A DNA stretch of 64,000 nucleotides from Collinsella sp. (GTDB taxonomy: Bacteria; Actinomycetota; Coriobacteriia; Coriobacteriales; Coriobacteriaceae): the NCBI GenBank assembly GCA_019424905.1, contig JAHYYP010000001.1, positions 26,614 to 90,613 on the forward strand. The letters run 5' to 3'. How positions within the stretch are numbered: the stretch's first letter is position 1; each line of letters begins with the position of its first letter. This document shows positions 32,572 to 43,002 of the stretch, one piece after another. The notes below the pieces were generated by a model, which made no database searches, had not been told where the DNA came from, and was given only the letters and a program-made list of their open reading frames with translations. The position numbers and the translations under genes are program-made.

Positions 32572-32669
32572 GCCCAGCGCGCCCTCGCATCACGGCAACC
32601 TGATGCACCAGCTGCACCCTCGCTGACTTTTCCAAAACATTGAGTCAGCCTCTCTAGGAGGTTTTAAAC

Positions 32670-35600
32670 ATGCCTAAACGTACCGACATCAAGCGTATCC
32701 TCGTCATTGGTTCGGGCCCCATCGTTATCGGTCAGGCCTGCGAGTTCGATTACTCCGGCGCCCAGGCCTGCAAGGTGCTCAAGGAGGATGGCTTTGAGGT
32801 CATCCTGGTCAACTCCAACCCGGCGACCATCATGACCGATCCGGGCTTGGCCGACTGCACCTATGTCGAGCCCATCACCGCCGAATTTATCGAGCGCGTG
32901 ATCAAGAAGGAGCGCCCGGATGCGCTGCTGCCCACGCTGGGCGGCCAGACCGGTCTGAATGCCGCCGTCGAGCTGGCAAAGGACGGCACACTCGACAAGT
33001 ACGGCGTCGAGATGATCGGCTGTGACCTTGCCGCCATCGAGCGCGGTGAGGATCGCAAGCTCTTTAACGAGGCCATGGCCGAGATCGGCCTGGAGGTCGC
33101 GCGCTCGGGCTATGCCTACAGCGTGGCTGACGCCGAGGCCATCGCCGAGCGTGTGGGCTATCCCTGTGTGCTGCGTCCGAGCTTTACCTTGGGCGGCGCC
33201 GGTGGCGGCATCGCACATACTCACGAGGAGCTCGTCTCCATCGTGAGCCAGGGCCTTGAACTCTCGCCTGCCCACGAGGTACTGGTCGAGGAGTCTATCG
33301 AGGGCTGGAAAGAGTATGAGATGGAGGTCATGCGTGATCACGCCGGCAACGGCATCATCGTGTGCTCCATCGAGAATCTCGACCCCATGGGCGTACATAC
33401 CGGTGACTCCATCACCGTGGCGCCGGCGCAGACCCTCTCCGACCTTGAGTACCAGCGCATGCGTGTCGCGTCGCTCGCCATTCTGGAGAAGATTGGCGTC
33501 GAGACCGGCGGCTCCAACGTGCAGTTTGCCGTGAACCCCCAGACCGGCCGCCTGATCGTCATCGAGATGAACCCGCGCGTGAGCCGTTCGTCCGCACTGG
33601 CCTCCAAGGCCACGGGCTTCCCCATCGCCAAGGCCGCCGCTCGCCTGGCCGTGGGCTACACGCTCGACGAGATCGTCAACGACATCACTAAGGCAACGCC
33701 TGCCTGCTTTGAGCCCACGATCGACTACTGCGTGGTCAAGGTGCCGCGCTTTGCCTTCGAGAAGTTCAAGGGCACCGATCCCACGCTCACCACGCGCATG
33801 AAGGCCGTGGGCGAGATCATGGCGATCGGTCGCACCTTTGAGGAGGCCTTCGGCAAGGCCATGCGCTCGCTGGAGGACGGTCACCAGGGCATCTGCGCCG
33901 GTGGCAAGGAGGGTGCCGACAAGCTGAGCGACGACGAGCTCGCTCAGGCCGTGGCAACCCCGACCGAGCACCGCATCTTCTTTGTGGTCGAGGCCCTGCG
34001 CCGTGGCTGGGACATCGCCCATATCCATGCCATCTGCGGTATCGATCCGTGGTACCTCAACCGTATCAACGACATGGTGCAGGTCCAGGAGAGCATCCGC
34101 GGCCTGCGTGTGGAGGATATCGACGCCGATGCGATGCGCCTGCTCAAGCAGTACGGCACGAGCGACGCCGAGATTGCCGTGCTGACCGGCTCGGACGAGC
34201 GCTTTGTGCGCGCCTATCGCAAGGGTCTGGGCGTGGTTCCCAGCATGAAGACGGTCGATACCTGCGCGGCCGAGTTCTCGAGCGCCACGGAGTACCACTA
34301 CAAGACGTACGAGAACATCTACCGCACGAGCCCGGATGCCAAGAAGTGCGTGGCTCCCGACGAGACCACGCCGGCGGACAAGCCCAAGGCGATGATCTTG
34401 GGCGCCGGCCCCAACCGCATTGGCCAGGGTATCGAGTTCGATTACTGCTGCGTGCACGCGAGCTACGCGCTGGCGGCCCGCGGCTTCGAGACCATCATGG
34501 TCAACTGCAATCCCGAGACCGTCTCGACCGACTATGACACGTCCGACCGTCTGTACTTTGAGCCGCTCACCTACGAGGACGTCATGGACGTTATCGATGT
34601 CGAGCGCCCCGACGGCGTCGTGGTGACGCTCGGCGGCCAGACCCCGCTTAAGCTGGCGCGCATGCTCGAGGAGAGCGGCGTCAACATTATGGGCACAAAG
34701 CCCGACGCCATCGACTTTGCCGAGGACCGCGAGCGCTTCGCCGCCCTGCTCGACAAACTGGGCATTATGTACCCGCCGGCGGGTCAGGCCACCTCGTTTG
34801 AGGAGGCCGAGGCCGTGGCCGCGCACATCGGCTACCCGCTGCTGGTGCGTCCGAGCTACGTGCTGGGCGGCCGCGGCATGATGATCGCCTACGATGCCGA
34901 GCATCTGCGCGATTACATGGCAGAGGCTGCGCGCATCAGCCCCGACTACCCGGTGTATCTGGACCGCTTCCTGGAGGGCGCAATCGAGTCCGATGTCGAC
35001 GCCCTGTGCGATGGCGAAGAGGTATACATCGGCGGCATCCTGGAGCATATCGAGGAAGCCGGTATTCACTCCGGCGACTCCGCGACCTGCATCCCTCCGT
35101 TCAGCTTTAGCGAGAGCCTGCAGGCGAAGCTCCGCGAGACCACGCGCCGCATCGCGATGGCGCTGGGAGTCCGCGGTCTGGTCAACGTGCAATATGCCAT
35201 CAAGGGCGAGACCGTCTACGTGATCGAGGCCAACCCGCGCGCCAGCCGTACCGTGCCGTTTATCTCCAAGGCCACCGGTGTGCCGCTGGCCAAATGCGCG
35301 GCGCGCATCATGGCAGGCGATTCCATCGCGAGCTTGGGCCTGCCGAGCGACGAACGTCAGCTGGACTGGTTCTGCATGAAGGAAGCCGTCATGCCCTGGG
35401 GTCGTTTCCCGGGCGCCGACGTCATCCTAGGGCCCGAGATGAAGTCGACGGGCGAGGTCATGGGTATCGCCAAGAGCTATCCCGAGGCATACGCCAAGAC
35501 GCAGCTGGCGATCGACTACAAGCTGCCCGACCCGAGCGCCGGCAAGGTATTCATCAGCGTGTGCGACCGCGACAAGCGCCACATCCTTTCGGTCGCCCGT

Positions 35601-35984
35601 ATCCTGCGCTACCTGGGCTTTGACATCTGCTCCACCGAGGGTACGGCGCGCGTACTGCGTGGAGGCAACGTGACGTGCGAGGTCGTGGAGAAGATTAGCG
35701 GCCCGCACGACGGCGAGCGCCCCAACATCGGCGACCTCATCGCCGATGGCAAGATCGCGGTGATCATCAACACGCCGTACGGTCCGGGCTCGCGCGGCGA
35801 CGGCTATCTGCTGCGCACCGAGGCAGTGCGACGCGGTGTGACCTGCGTGACCGCGATGTCTGCCGCCAACACGTACGTGAGTGCCATCGAGGCGGTGCGT
35901 GAGGACCAGCAGGGTCACGGCAGCGCCAACGACATGGGCATGGACGTCATCGCCCTGCAGGACCTGCCGCAGCACACGGTGTAA
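32670..35984 (+). CDS. carB: Carbamoyl-phosphate synthase large subunit
   Basis: [24 protein letters not shown]; duplicated ATP-grasp domains. Confidence 0.98.
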   Translation: MPKRTDIKRILVIGSGPIVIGQACEFDYSGAQACKVLKEDGFEVILVNSNPATIMTDPGLADCTYVEPITAEFIERVIKKERPDALLPTLGGQTGLNAAVELAKDGTLDKYGVEMIGCDLAAIERGEDRKLFNEAMAEIGLEVARSGYAYSVADAEAIAERVGYPCVLRPSFTLGGAGGGIAHTHEELVSIVSQGLELSPAHEVLVEESIEGWKEYEMEVMRDHAGNGIIVCSIENLDPMGVHTGDSITVAPAQTLSDLEYQRMRVASLAILEKIGVETGGSNVQFAVNPQTGRLIVIEMNPRVSRSSALASKATGFPIAKAAARLAVGYTLDEIVNDITKATPACFEPTIDYCVVKVPRFAFEKFKGTDPTLTTRMKAVGEIMAIGRTFEEAFGKAMRSLEDGHQGICAGGKEGADKLSDDELAQAVATPTEHRIFFVVEALRRGWDIAHIHAICGIDPWYLNRINDMVQVQESIRGLRVEDIDADAMRLLKQYGTSDAEIAVLTGSDERFVRAYRKGLGVVPSMKTVDTCAAEFSSATEYHYKTYENIYRTSPDAKKCVAPDETTPADKPKAMILGAGPNRIGQGIEFDYCCVHASYALAARGFETIMVNCNPETVSTDYDTSDRLYFEPLTYEDVMDVIDVERPDGVVVTLGGQTPLKLARMLEESGVNIMGTKPDAIDFAEDRERFAALLDKLGIMYPPAGQATSFEEAEAVAAHIGYPLLVRPSYVLGGRGMMIAYDAEHLRDYMAEAARISPDYPVYLDRFLEGAIESDVDALCDGEEVYIGGILEHIEEAGIHSGDSATCIPPFSFSESLQAKLRETTRRIAMALGVRGLVNVQYAIKGETVYVIEANPRASRTVPFISKATGVPLAKCAARIMAGDSIASLGLPSDERQLDWFCMKEAVMPWGRFPGADVILGPEMKSTGEVMGIAKSYPEAYAKTQLAIDYKLPDPSAGKVFISVCDRDKRHILSVARILRYLGFDICSTEGTARVLRGGNVTCEVVEKISGPHDGERPNIGDLIADGKIAVIINTPYGPGSRGDGYLLRTEAVRRGVTCVTAMSAANTYVSAIEAVREDQQGHGSANDMGMDVIALQDLPQHTV

Positions 35985-35996
35985 TGTGACCTGGTC

Positions 35997-36087
35997 GGCC
36001 GGGGCGGGAGGGGCCGAGATTTCCCCCTTTCGCTCCGGCTGCAAGCAGAGTCGCTCAGGAGAAAACTCGGCCCCTCCCGCCCCGGCC
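35997..36087. repeat. Hairpin element, family B copy 1 (22-bp perfect arms)
   Basis: Arms 35997-36018 and 36066-36087; core reverse complement TGAGCGACTCTGCTTGCAGCCGGAGCGAA. Confidence 0.85.
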
Positions 36088-36205
36088 TGCGGTGACTTGG
36101 CCGCACCGTGTGCTGCGGAAGGGGCTTTGCGTGATGACTAGGGCTGAATAAAAAGTGAGTGTGGGATCCGCCGTTCGTTTGAACGACGGCGCCCACGTTT
36201 TGGAT

Positions 36206-36988
36206 TTATTGGGCTGTGGCGGTGAAGGTTGTTTTGTCGGCGGCGATGTGCACGTGCAGCTTTGCCTGACCGTCGCAGCTGATGAGCACGCCTACCTCGA
36301 ATGGGGTTCCCGTCTTGTCGTAGGTCGAACGCACGATGCGCATCGCCGCCTTACCGGTGTTCTGTCCCAAAAGGCGCGCCTCATGCTTGTCGAGGTTGAC
36401 CGCCTCGTAGACGGCATCGACGCTTGCGGGCAGGATGCCGGTCTTTTCCGCGATGTGGGCGTAGAGCGAGCCATCCACGTCTTTGCGTGTGAGCTCGGGG
36501 CAAAGTGACACGGGGATATAGACGTAGTTGAGCTCCATGGGTTTGTCGTTGGCGAGACGCAGGCGGCGAATCTCCCAGACGGGTGTCCCTTCGGGCACTT
36601 TGAGCCCAGAGGCGATGCCGCGGACGGCCGGTATGCTTGAAAAGGCGAGAATCTGCGAGCTCGGAACCCGTCCCGCTTCGCGCATCCGCGCGCTGAAATT
36701 CAGGGCCAGGTCGATGCCGGGTGCTGAGGTTTGGGGCTTGATGAACGTGCCCTGGCCGCGCTTGCGCACCACGCGCCCCTCGATGACGAGATCCTGAAAG
36801 CAACGGCGCACAGTCGCGCGCGATAACTCCAGCCGCGCACAGATTTCGAGCTCGCGTGGCAGCGGCGTCTTGGTGTCGAACGCCTGGCTGGCGATAAGCA
36901 GGGCGATTCGATGTTTAAGTTGGACATAGAGCGGTGTATCACCGCTGCGATCGAAGGGTTCGGCGGCGAGAAACGAGATCATGTCCAT
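36206..36988 (-). CDS. GntR family (HutC/UTRA) transcriptional regulator
   Basis: PLYVQL...LP.E.E+...SR.TVR...EG.V.R.RGQGTF; UTRA IRRLRLA..KP; GGAGG RBS. Confidence 0.93.
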   Translation of the reverse strand: MDMISFLAAEPFDRSGDTPLYVQLKHRIALLIASQAFDTKTPLPRELEICARLELSRATVRRCFQDLVIEGRVVRKRGQGTFIKPQTSAPGIDLALNFSARMREAGRVPSSQILAFSSIPAVRGIASGLKVPEGTPVWEIRRLRLANDKPMELNYVYIPVSLCPELTRKDVDGSLYAHIAEKTGILPASVDAVYEAVNLDKHEARLLGQNTGKAAMRIVRSTYDKTGTPFEVGVLISCDGQAKLHVHIAADKTTFTATAQ

Positions 36989-37071
36989 AGGGTACCTCCA
37001 TGTCGTGAGCATACGTGACATGGTCTGACACTGCGGGACAAACCGGTGATGTCAAGCCCGATTCTTGTTGG

Positions 37072-37086
37072 TATGTATGGTACATA
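37072..37086. promoter_or_regulatory. Putative GntR operator
   Basis: TATGTA-TGG-TACATA palindrome in the divergent promoter region. Confidence 0.45.
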
Positions 37087-37187
37087 AGGAACATAAAATA
37101 TTTACCAGGCAATCTACCTGCTATTTTAAAAATAATTAGAAGAAAAAATAATTTATGCACAAAAATAGTTGCTACCGTTAACCGATG

Positions 37188-37210
37188 AATAGTTGCCGTT
37201 CGCAACTATT
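37188..37210. promoter_or_regulatory. Putative MarR operator upstream of the PTS operon
   Basis: Perfect AATAGTTGC-N5-GCAACTATT; same motif upstream of marR (40626-40648). Confidence 0.65.
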
Positions 37211-37296
37211 TTCTTGTACCGAACATGCCCCGGCGCAACAATAATCTCAGCAAAAAGCAAAGCCGTGCGATACACGGCAGGTCGAGAGGAGACCGC

Positions 37297-37731
37297 ATGC
37301 GGTATCTGGTAATGGTCAGTCACGGAACGCTCGCTCCCGGACTGCACAGTGTCCTCAAGATGCTCGGCAATGACGCCCCGAACATCTTGTCGACGAGTCT
37401 CGTGGACGGCATGGGCGCTGACGAGTATGTCGAGAACGTCAAGGCGATGCTCGCTCCTGTTACCGCCGATGACGAGGTTGTCCTGCTTGGTGACATCCTG
37501 GGCGGATCGCCGCTCACCAATGCCATGAACACGCTGTCCGAGAAGGGCCTGCTCGCCCACACCATTGCCTTCGGCGGCATGAACCTGCCCATGGCTATGA
37601 CCGCCATGATGGGACTTGCCACCATGGACCTGGATTCCCTCAAGCGGATGATGCTGCAGGAGGGCAAGAACGGTATGTCCGAGCTCGTGGTCCCGACCGA
37701 TGACGCCGACGACGAGGACGACGACATCTAG
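37297..37731 (+). CDS. PTS mannose/fructose/sorbose family EIIA
   Basis: MVSHG phospho-His; DILGGSP; GMNLPM. Confidence 0.92.
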   Translation: MRYLVMVSHGTLAPGLHSVLKMLGNDAPNILSTSLVDGMGADEYVENVKAMLAPVTADDEVVLLGDILGGSPLTNAMNTLSEKGLLAHTIAFGGMNLPMAMTAMMGLATMDLDSLKRMMLQEGKNGMSELVVPTDDADDEDDDI

Positions 37732-37810
37732 GCGGCGCATCCGCCCCAATTTTTGTGATGGAACGGGGGTTAAGAGGAAAGACCCCCGGTGATAAGGAAA
37801 GGGAAGACGC

Positions 37811-38299
37811 ATGATTTCGTTCATCCGCATTGACGACCGCATGATCCATGGACAGACCGTTACCCGTTGGGCCCTCGAGTATCCCTGCGACGGTCTTATC
37901 GCCGTCAACGACGCCGCGGCGTCGAACCCCGTGCTCAAGGAGGCCTACAAGAGCGCCTCGGGCAAGAAGACGTTCGTGTGGACCAAGGAGCACTTTAAGG
38001 AGGTCTCCGAGAAGGTTCTCAAGTCCGACACCAAGTACTTCCTGATTACCAAGAACCCGCTCGACATGAAGGAACTTCTCGTCGATTTTGGCTTTAAGCC
38101 CGGCATGGACCGCATCATCGTCGGTCCCTGCAACGATCGTCCCGGCGCCACCAAGCTCGGCAACAACCAGTCGATCACGCAGGAAGAGGCCCAGGCGCTC
38201 GAGGATCTCACCAACGCCGGCTACACGGTCGAGTTCGCCCTTATCAAGGAGAAATCCATTGGTGAGTGGCCCAAGTTCCGCGGTCAGTTTGGCTTCTAG
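37811..38299 (+). CDS. PTS mannose family EIIB
   Basis: RIDDRMIHGQ. Confidence 0.93.
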   Translation: MISFIRIDDRMIHGQTVTRWALEYPCDGLIAVNDAAASNPVLKEAYKSASGKKTFVWTKEHFKEVSEKVLKSDTKYFLITKNPLDMKELLVDFGFKPGMDRIIVGPCNDRPGATKLGNNQSITQEEAQALEDLTNAGYTVEFALIKEKSIGEWPKFRGQFGF

Positions 38300-38371
38300 T
38301 TAGGCGCCAGCCGCATTTTGGTACCTACAGCCCTTGGGGAAAGGGGCTGAGGAATAAAGAAAGGGGAAAGC

Positions 38372-39229
38372 ATGGCAATCAATGCATTCCAAGCCGCGCT
38401 GTTCGGCCTGTTCGCCTGCCTGGCATCGCTGCCTGGCATGGGCGGCACGACGATTGGCAACTACACTCTGGGTCGTCCTCTGGTCGCCGGCCTCGTCGTC
38501 GGCATCATCATGGGCGATATACAGACGGGCATCCTCGTCGGTGCTGCCATCCAGGTTGTCTACATCGCTCTCGTGACCCCTGGCGGAACCGTCTCCGCCG
38601 ACGTCCGCGCCGTGTCCTATATCGGCATCCCGCTGGCGATCCTCGCCATCAAGAACTCGGGCATCGATCCCGCCTCCGCTGAGGCTGCCGGCATGGCCGC
38701 ATCCCTCGGTGCCGCCGTCGGCACGCTCGGCACTGTGCTCTTCTATGGCACCGCCACCATCAACCTGGTGTGGCAGGGCATGGGCTGGAAGTGGCTCGAG
38801 AAGGGCGATCTCCACAAGCTCTACCTGGTCAACAACGTTCTGCCTTGGATCGGTCACATCATCTGCTCGTTCCTCCCGACGTTCATCATCACCATGGGCG
38901 GCACCGCCATGGTCGACCTCATGAAGACCTACATGCCCATGGACGGCATCGCGATGAAGACGCTGTTTACCGTCGGCTCGCTGCTACCTACCGTCGGTAT
39001 TGCCATCCTGCTCAAGCAGGTCATCTCTAAGCCCACGGACTTCCTGACGTTCTTCTTCGGCTTCACCCTGTCCGCTGTTATGGGCTGCAACCTGATCGCC
39101 GCTGCCGGCATCGGCTGCTTCTTCGCCCTGATCAACTATGAGATCGCTTCGCTCAAGATCGACCTCGCAAACGCTCCCAAGGCAGCTATCGCCTCGGGCT
39201 CCGATGATGAGGAAGAGGAGGACATCTAA
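38372..39229 (+). CDS. PTS mannose family EIIC
   Basis: RPLVAGLVVGIIMGD, PGG, G.LLP.VGIAILL. Confidence 0.93.
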   Translation: MAINAFQAALFGLFACLASLPGMGGTTIGNYTLGRPLVAGLVVGIIMGDIQTGILVGAAIQVVYIALVTPGGTVSADVRAVSYIGIPLAILAIKNSGIDPASAEAAGMAASLGAAVGTLGTVLFYGTATINLVWQGMGWKWLEKGDLHKLYLVNNVLPWIGHIICSFLPTFIITMGGTAMVDLMKTYMPMDGIAMKTLFTVGSLLPTVGIAILLKQVISKPTDFLTFFFGFTLSAVMGCNLIAAAGIGCFFALINYEIASLKIDLANAPKAAIASGSDDEEEEDI

Positions 39230-40056
39230 TGGCAGAGAAGAAAAAGCTCTCTAAGAAAACGCTTGCCAAGTCGTTCCGTAACTGGTCCTATGGCAACCTG
39301 ACCTGCTTCTCGCAGGAGCACATGCAGACCTTCGGTTACCTGTGCGCTATGCTTCCGATTGTCGAGGAGCTCTACGACACGCCCGAGGAGCAGAAGCAGG
39401 CCCTTCAGACCTACTCCGCGTTCTTCAACACCGAGCCGCAGATCGGAACCATGATTGTCGGCGTCACCGCCGGCCTCGAGGAGGCTCGCGCAAACGGCGA
39501 GGCCATCGATGACGACGCCATCAACGGCATCCGCGCCGGCCTCATGGGCCCGCTCGCCGGCCTTGGCGACTCGCTGATTGTCGGTACCCTGATCCCGATC
39601 CTGCTCGGTATCGCCCTCGGTCTCTCGACCGGCGGCTCTCCGCTCGGCGCTATCTTCTATATCGTCGTGTGGAACCTGCTCATGTTCCTCGGCATGCGCT
39701 TTGCCTACAACCAGGGCTATGAGCTCGGCGGCAAGGCAGTCGAGGCCCTCGTCGGCCCCAAGGCCAAGGCTCTGCGTGATTCCATCGTGATGGTCGGTAC
39801 CATGGTCATCGGTGCCGTGGGCGCAACTTGGGTCTCCATCACCTGCAGCCCCAACCTGGTGCTGCCCGGCGGTGGTAAGTTCCAGGACACGCTCGACGGA
39901 ATCTATCCGCACCTGCTGCCCATGATCTTCATCGTCTTCTGCTGGTACATGATGACCAAGAAGAAGGTCAACCCCATCGTCATGATGCTGATCCTCGTTG
40001 TGATCGCATTCGTGGGCGTTGTTATTGGCTTCTTCGATCCGGCGCTGACGTACTAA
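39229..40056 (+). CDS. PTS mannose family EIID
   Basis: E.MQ..GY, FFNTEP, LMGPLAGLGDSL. Confidence 0.95.
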   Translation: MAEKKKLSKKTLAKSFRNWSYGNLTCFSQEHMQTFGYLCAMLPIVEELYDTPEEQKQALQTYSAFFNTEPQIGTMIVGVTAGLEEARANGEAIDDDAINGIRAGLMGPLAGLGDSLIVGTLIPILLGIALGLSTGGSPLGAIFYIVVWNLLMFLGMRFAYNQGYELGGKAVEALVGPKAKALRDSIVMVGTMVIGAVGATWVSITCSPNLVLPGGGKFQDTLDGIYPHLLPMIFIVFCWYMMTKKKVNPIVMMLILVVIAFVGVVIGFFDPALTY

Positions 40057-40271
40057 TCGACAGCTCTTTGCCAATTGCGAAAGGCCGTGCCGGCTTGCGC
40101 CGCGCGGCCTTTCGCTCATCGTTCGTTTGCTGCTTGGGCGGCACAGGAGACTGGCTCGTTGCCTGCCGTCCTTCAAGAGCGATATAGCCCATGGCCTCCA
40201 TCGCCTTACATGACATACGCTATATTGCTCTTGAAAGATGACATGGCGGCTCGTTTCTAAAGGAGAACCGA

Positions 40272-40595
40272 ATGCATGAGAAACACGGGCACGATCTTTC
40301 GAAAGAGGACCTCATTCGAGAGGCTAAGCTTCAGACCGATGCCATTCAGCGCCTCAATGTTTGGCTGCGCTTGGGGTATTCGTTGGTAGCGATTGGATTT
40401 TTGCTCGGCATGTGGGGCTATCAGGGAGGGCCCGGCTGGGGCGTTCCCGTTGGCATTGCGTGCCTGGCGGTGGGTGCTCCCGTCTCCATCATCCTCAAGA
40501 TCGGCACGAGCAATGCAAAGAAGAACGTCGAGCGCATCCTCGAGGCGGCGGGTGTTAACGTTGAGGAGCTTATGGCGCGAAAGAAGAATGAGTAG
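40272..40595 (+). CDS. Small 2-TM protein associated with the PTS
   Basis: AAGGAG RBS; two hydrophobic helices; N.KKNVE.IL tail. Confidence 0.75.
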   Translation: MHEKHGHDLSKEDLIREAKLQTDAIQRLNVWLRLGYSLVAIGFLLGMWGYQGGPGWGVPVGIACLAVGAPVSIILKIGTSNAKKNVERILEAAGVNVEELMARKKNE

Positions 40596-40625
40596 AAATA
40601 TTCATGAGTCGTGGGTTACTATAAA

Positions 40626-40648
40626 AATTGTTGCGCATAGCAACTAAT
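40626..40648. promoter_or_regulatory. Putative MarR autoregulatory operator
   Basis: AATTGTTGC-GCATA-GCAACTAAT. Confidence 0.6.
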
Positions 40649-40686
40649 CTAAAGATCTGTTTGATAAGTAAAGGACTTAATACTCG

Positions 40687-41127
40687 GTGGACTACGATGA
40701 CGTTGCTAGAAAATTAATTGTGTACTCGCGCTCCTTGGCCAAAGGATCGTTAAGTGCTGCTGGTGGCGCCAGTGTGGGTGAGACCCCGGTCCTGCAGTAT
40801 TTGTCTGGCGTTGACGACGATGTCATTCCCTCCGAGATCGCCAAGAAGCTTAAATTCTCCCGTGCGCGTATGTCGCACATCTTGGAGTCACTCGAGAGCA
40901 AGGGTTATATTCAGCGCAGGACTGATCAAAACGATCGTCGGCGTGTGTTGGTGAGCATCACCGAGGAAGGCCGCGATTTTGCGGCGAAAAAAAATGCCGA
41001 GAGTGTGGCATCGCTCTCGAAGCAGCTCTCAGCGCTCGGCGAGCACGATGCTCAGGAGCTCGTGCGCATTCTGAATAAAGCCTATAGCCTTACCTATGAT
41101 GCCGACGATTACCTGGACAATCTATAA
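40687..41127 (+). CDS. MarR family transcriptional regulator
   Basis: PSEIA..L..SRAR+S.IL..LE.KGYI.R.....DRR...V.IT..G. Confidence 0.92.
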   Translation: MDYDDVARKLIVYSRSLAKGSLSAAGGASVGETPVLQYLSGVDDDVIPSEIAKKLKFSRARMSHILESLESKGYIQRRTDQNDRRRVLVSITEEGRDFAAKKNAESVASLSKQLSALGEHDAQELVRILNKAYSLTYDADDYLDNL

Positions 41128-41254
41128 GGATAAAGGCAGCCATTTAGGTGCATTATGAAATGCATCCGGGACAGTTGTGCCCATTGACTACCGTCAACAT
41201 CTCATTCCAAACCAAATCAGCCAACGTACGTCACAGCAATCCCCGGTAGGTCGA

Positions 41255-41346
41255 GGGTGCCCCGCGGCGGTCTGGTGTTTTCATCTGAACGACTTTGCGA
41301 AGCAACCGGAGTGAAGATGAAAACACCAGACCGCCGCGGGGCACCC
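41255..41346. repeat. Hairpin element, family B copy 2 (32-bp perfect arms)
   Basis: Arms 41255-41286 and 41315-41346; core TGAACGACTTTGCGAAGCAACCGGAGTGAA. Confidence 0.85.
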
Positions 41347-41439
41347 GCAGACCGCAGGGACGGGAGCAGCTATACTACTCTCAGTAGTTAAGGGTCGCGG
41401 ATCCGCCGCGTCACCGCTCTCAACAGGAGGTCTTTGTTT

Positions 41440-41904
41440 ATGGCAGATCAAAAGCCGGTTGTCGGGATCATCATGGGTTCCAAGTCCGATCTGGGCGTTA
41501 TGGAAGGCTGCACCGCCGAGCTCGAGGCACTGGGTGTGCCCTATGAGCTCGTGATCGCGAGCGCGCACCGCACGCCGGCGAAGGTCCACGAGTGGGCTTC
41601 GACTGCCGCCGATCGCGGTATCAAAGTGATTATCGCCGCCGCCGGCAAGGCCGCTCACCTGGGTGGTGTCGTGGCTGCCTTTACGCCGCTGCCGGTTATC
41701 GGCGTGCCTATGAAGACGAGTGACCTGGGCGGTATGGATTCGCTGCTGTCGATGGTGCAGATGCCTTCGGGCGTGCCCGTGGCCTGCGTTGCCATCAACG
41801 GTGCCAAGAACGCCGCCATCTATGCCACACAGATTCTGGGTGCTTGCGACCCCGAGTACCGCAAGGTTATCGAGAAGATGAAGCAGGAGATGGCTGACGC
41901 CTAA
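41440..41904 (+). CDS. purE: N5-CAIR mutase
   Basis: IMGSKSD, SAHRTP, AGKAAHL, PVIGVP, SMVQMPSGVPVA. Confidence 0.97.
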   Translation: MADQKPVVGIIMGSKSDLGVMEGCTAELEALGVPYELVIASAHRTPAKVHEWASTAADRGIKVIIAAAGKAAHLGGVVAAFTPLPVIGVPMKTSDLGGMDSLLSMVQMPSGVPVACVAINGAKNAAIYATQILGACDPEYRKVIEKMKQEMADA

Positions 41905-41939
41905 GCGTCCCACCGTTTCACCGCAGTATAAGGAGAGCC

Positions 41940-42938
41940 ATGTCCGATTATCAGGGAAAACGATTCAAGGCTTCTCAGATTCCCGATCCGTCGAAGCCGG
42001 GTGCTGCCCGTGCGGCACAGCAGGGTCGGACATCCTCTCCTCAGCAGCCGCGCGCGCCGCGCCCCGTGACACCGGCGACGCATCGTCGACAGGACGCGCC
42101 GGCCGCATATCGTCCTTCGTCTTATAGCTCCGCTAAGAAGCCGCCCCGGTCTTCATCGCATGCCGCGCCGTCGGATCGCACCGAGCCGCCGCGCAAAAAG
42201 CGCCACTCCATTATTCCCATTCTGCTCATCATCATCGGTATCGGTCTGATTGTCGCCGCCGCCGCTATTTTTATTAATGCCCAGATTGGCTATAAGCAGG
42301 CGAGCGATTCGTATCAGAAAATCGAGAAGCAATATGTAAGCGATAAGGACGCCAGCGGCGTGCCGATTATCGACTTTGATGCGCTTGCTCAGACGAACCC
42401 CGAGATTGTGGGTTGGATTTACGTGCCGGGAACCAACATCAACTATCCCGTGGTGCAGACCAACAACAACTCCAAATACCTCAACACGCTGTTCGATGGC
42501 ACGTCTAACGCCTCGGGTGCCATCTTCTTGGATAGCGATGACACCGCGCCGGGAATGGTCGACCAGCAGACCACGATCTACGGCCACCATATGAACGATG
42601 GGTCGATGTTCAACGTGATTTCGGATACGACTGACCAGGCAACGTTCGATAGCATTGAATATGTGTACTACATCACGCGCGATGCGACGTATAAGTTGCG
42701 TCCGCTGGCGACCAAGGTGGTCGAGGACACGTATGCCAAGGCGCGCACGACCAATTTTGAGGGCGACGACGGACTCAAGAACTACCTGTCCGAGATGCTC
42801 GACGGCGCTTCTGCCGTGGCGAGTGATGCCACCGATCGTGCCGCTTCGGCAACTAAGGTTGTAACGCTTGTGACCTGTCGTTCGCTGTCGCTGAGCAACA
42901 CACGCGCCGTCATGGTGCTCACGCCGGTCGAGGAATAA
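41940..42938 (+). CDS. Class B sortase
   Basis: IDFDAL...NPEIVGWI.VPGTNINYPVVQ, YGHHM, TLVTC...R; TM anchor after a basic disordered N-terminus. Confidence 0.9.
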   Translation: MSDYQGKRFKASQIPDPSKPGAARAAQQGRTSSPQQPRAPRPVTPATHRRQDAPAAYRPSSYSSAKKPPRSSSHAAPSDRTEPPRKKRHSIIPILLIIIGIGLIVAAAAIFINAQIGYKQASDSYQKIEKQYVSDKDASGVPIIDFDALAQTNPEIVGWIYVPGTNINYPVVQTNNNSKYLNTLFDGTSNASGAIFLDSDDTAPGMVDQQTTIYGHHMNDGSMFNVISDTTDQATFDSIEYVYYITRDATYKLRPLATKVVEDTYAKARTTNFEGDDGLKNYLSEMLDGASAVASDATDRAASATKVVTLVTCRSLSLSNTRAVMVLTPVEE

Positions 42939-43002
42939 GTTGTTCGAGAGTAGCTAAAAAGGCCCCGTCCCAAATTGGCTACTCGACGACGGTAAGGGAG
43001 AA

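Noticed and set aside
32664..35192. 842-aa minus-strand ORF and similar long antisense ORFs (e.g. 26082-28043, 44950-46707, 12209-13618, 15618-17228)
   Set aside because: Shadow frames of high-GC3 housekeeping genes; no recognisable motifs or RBS
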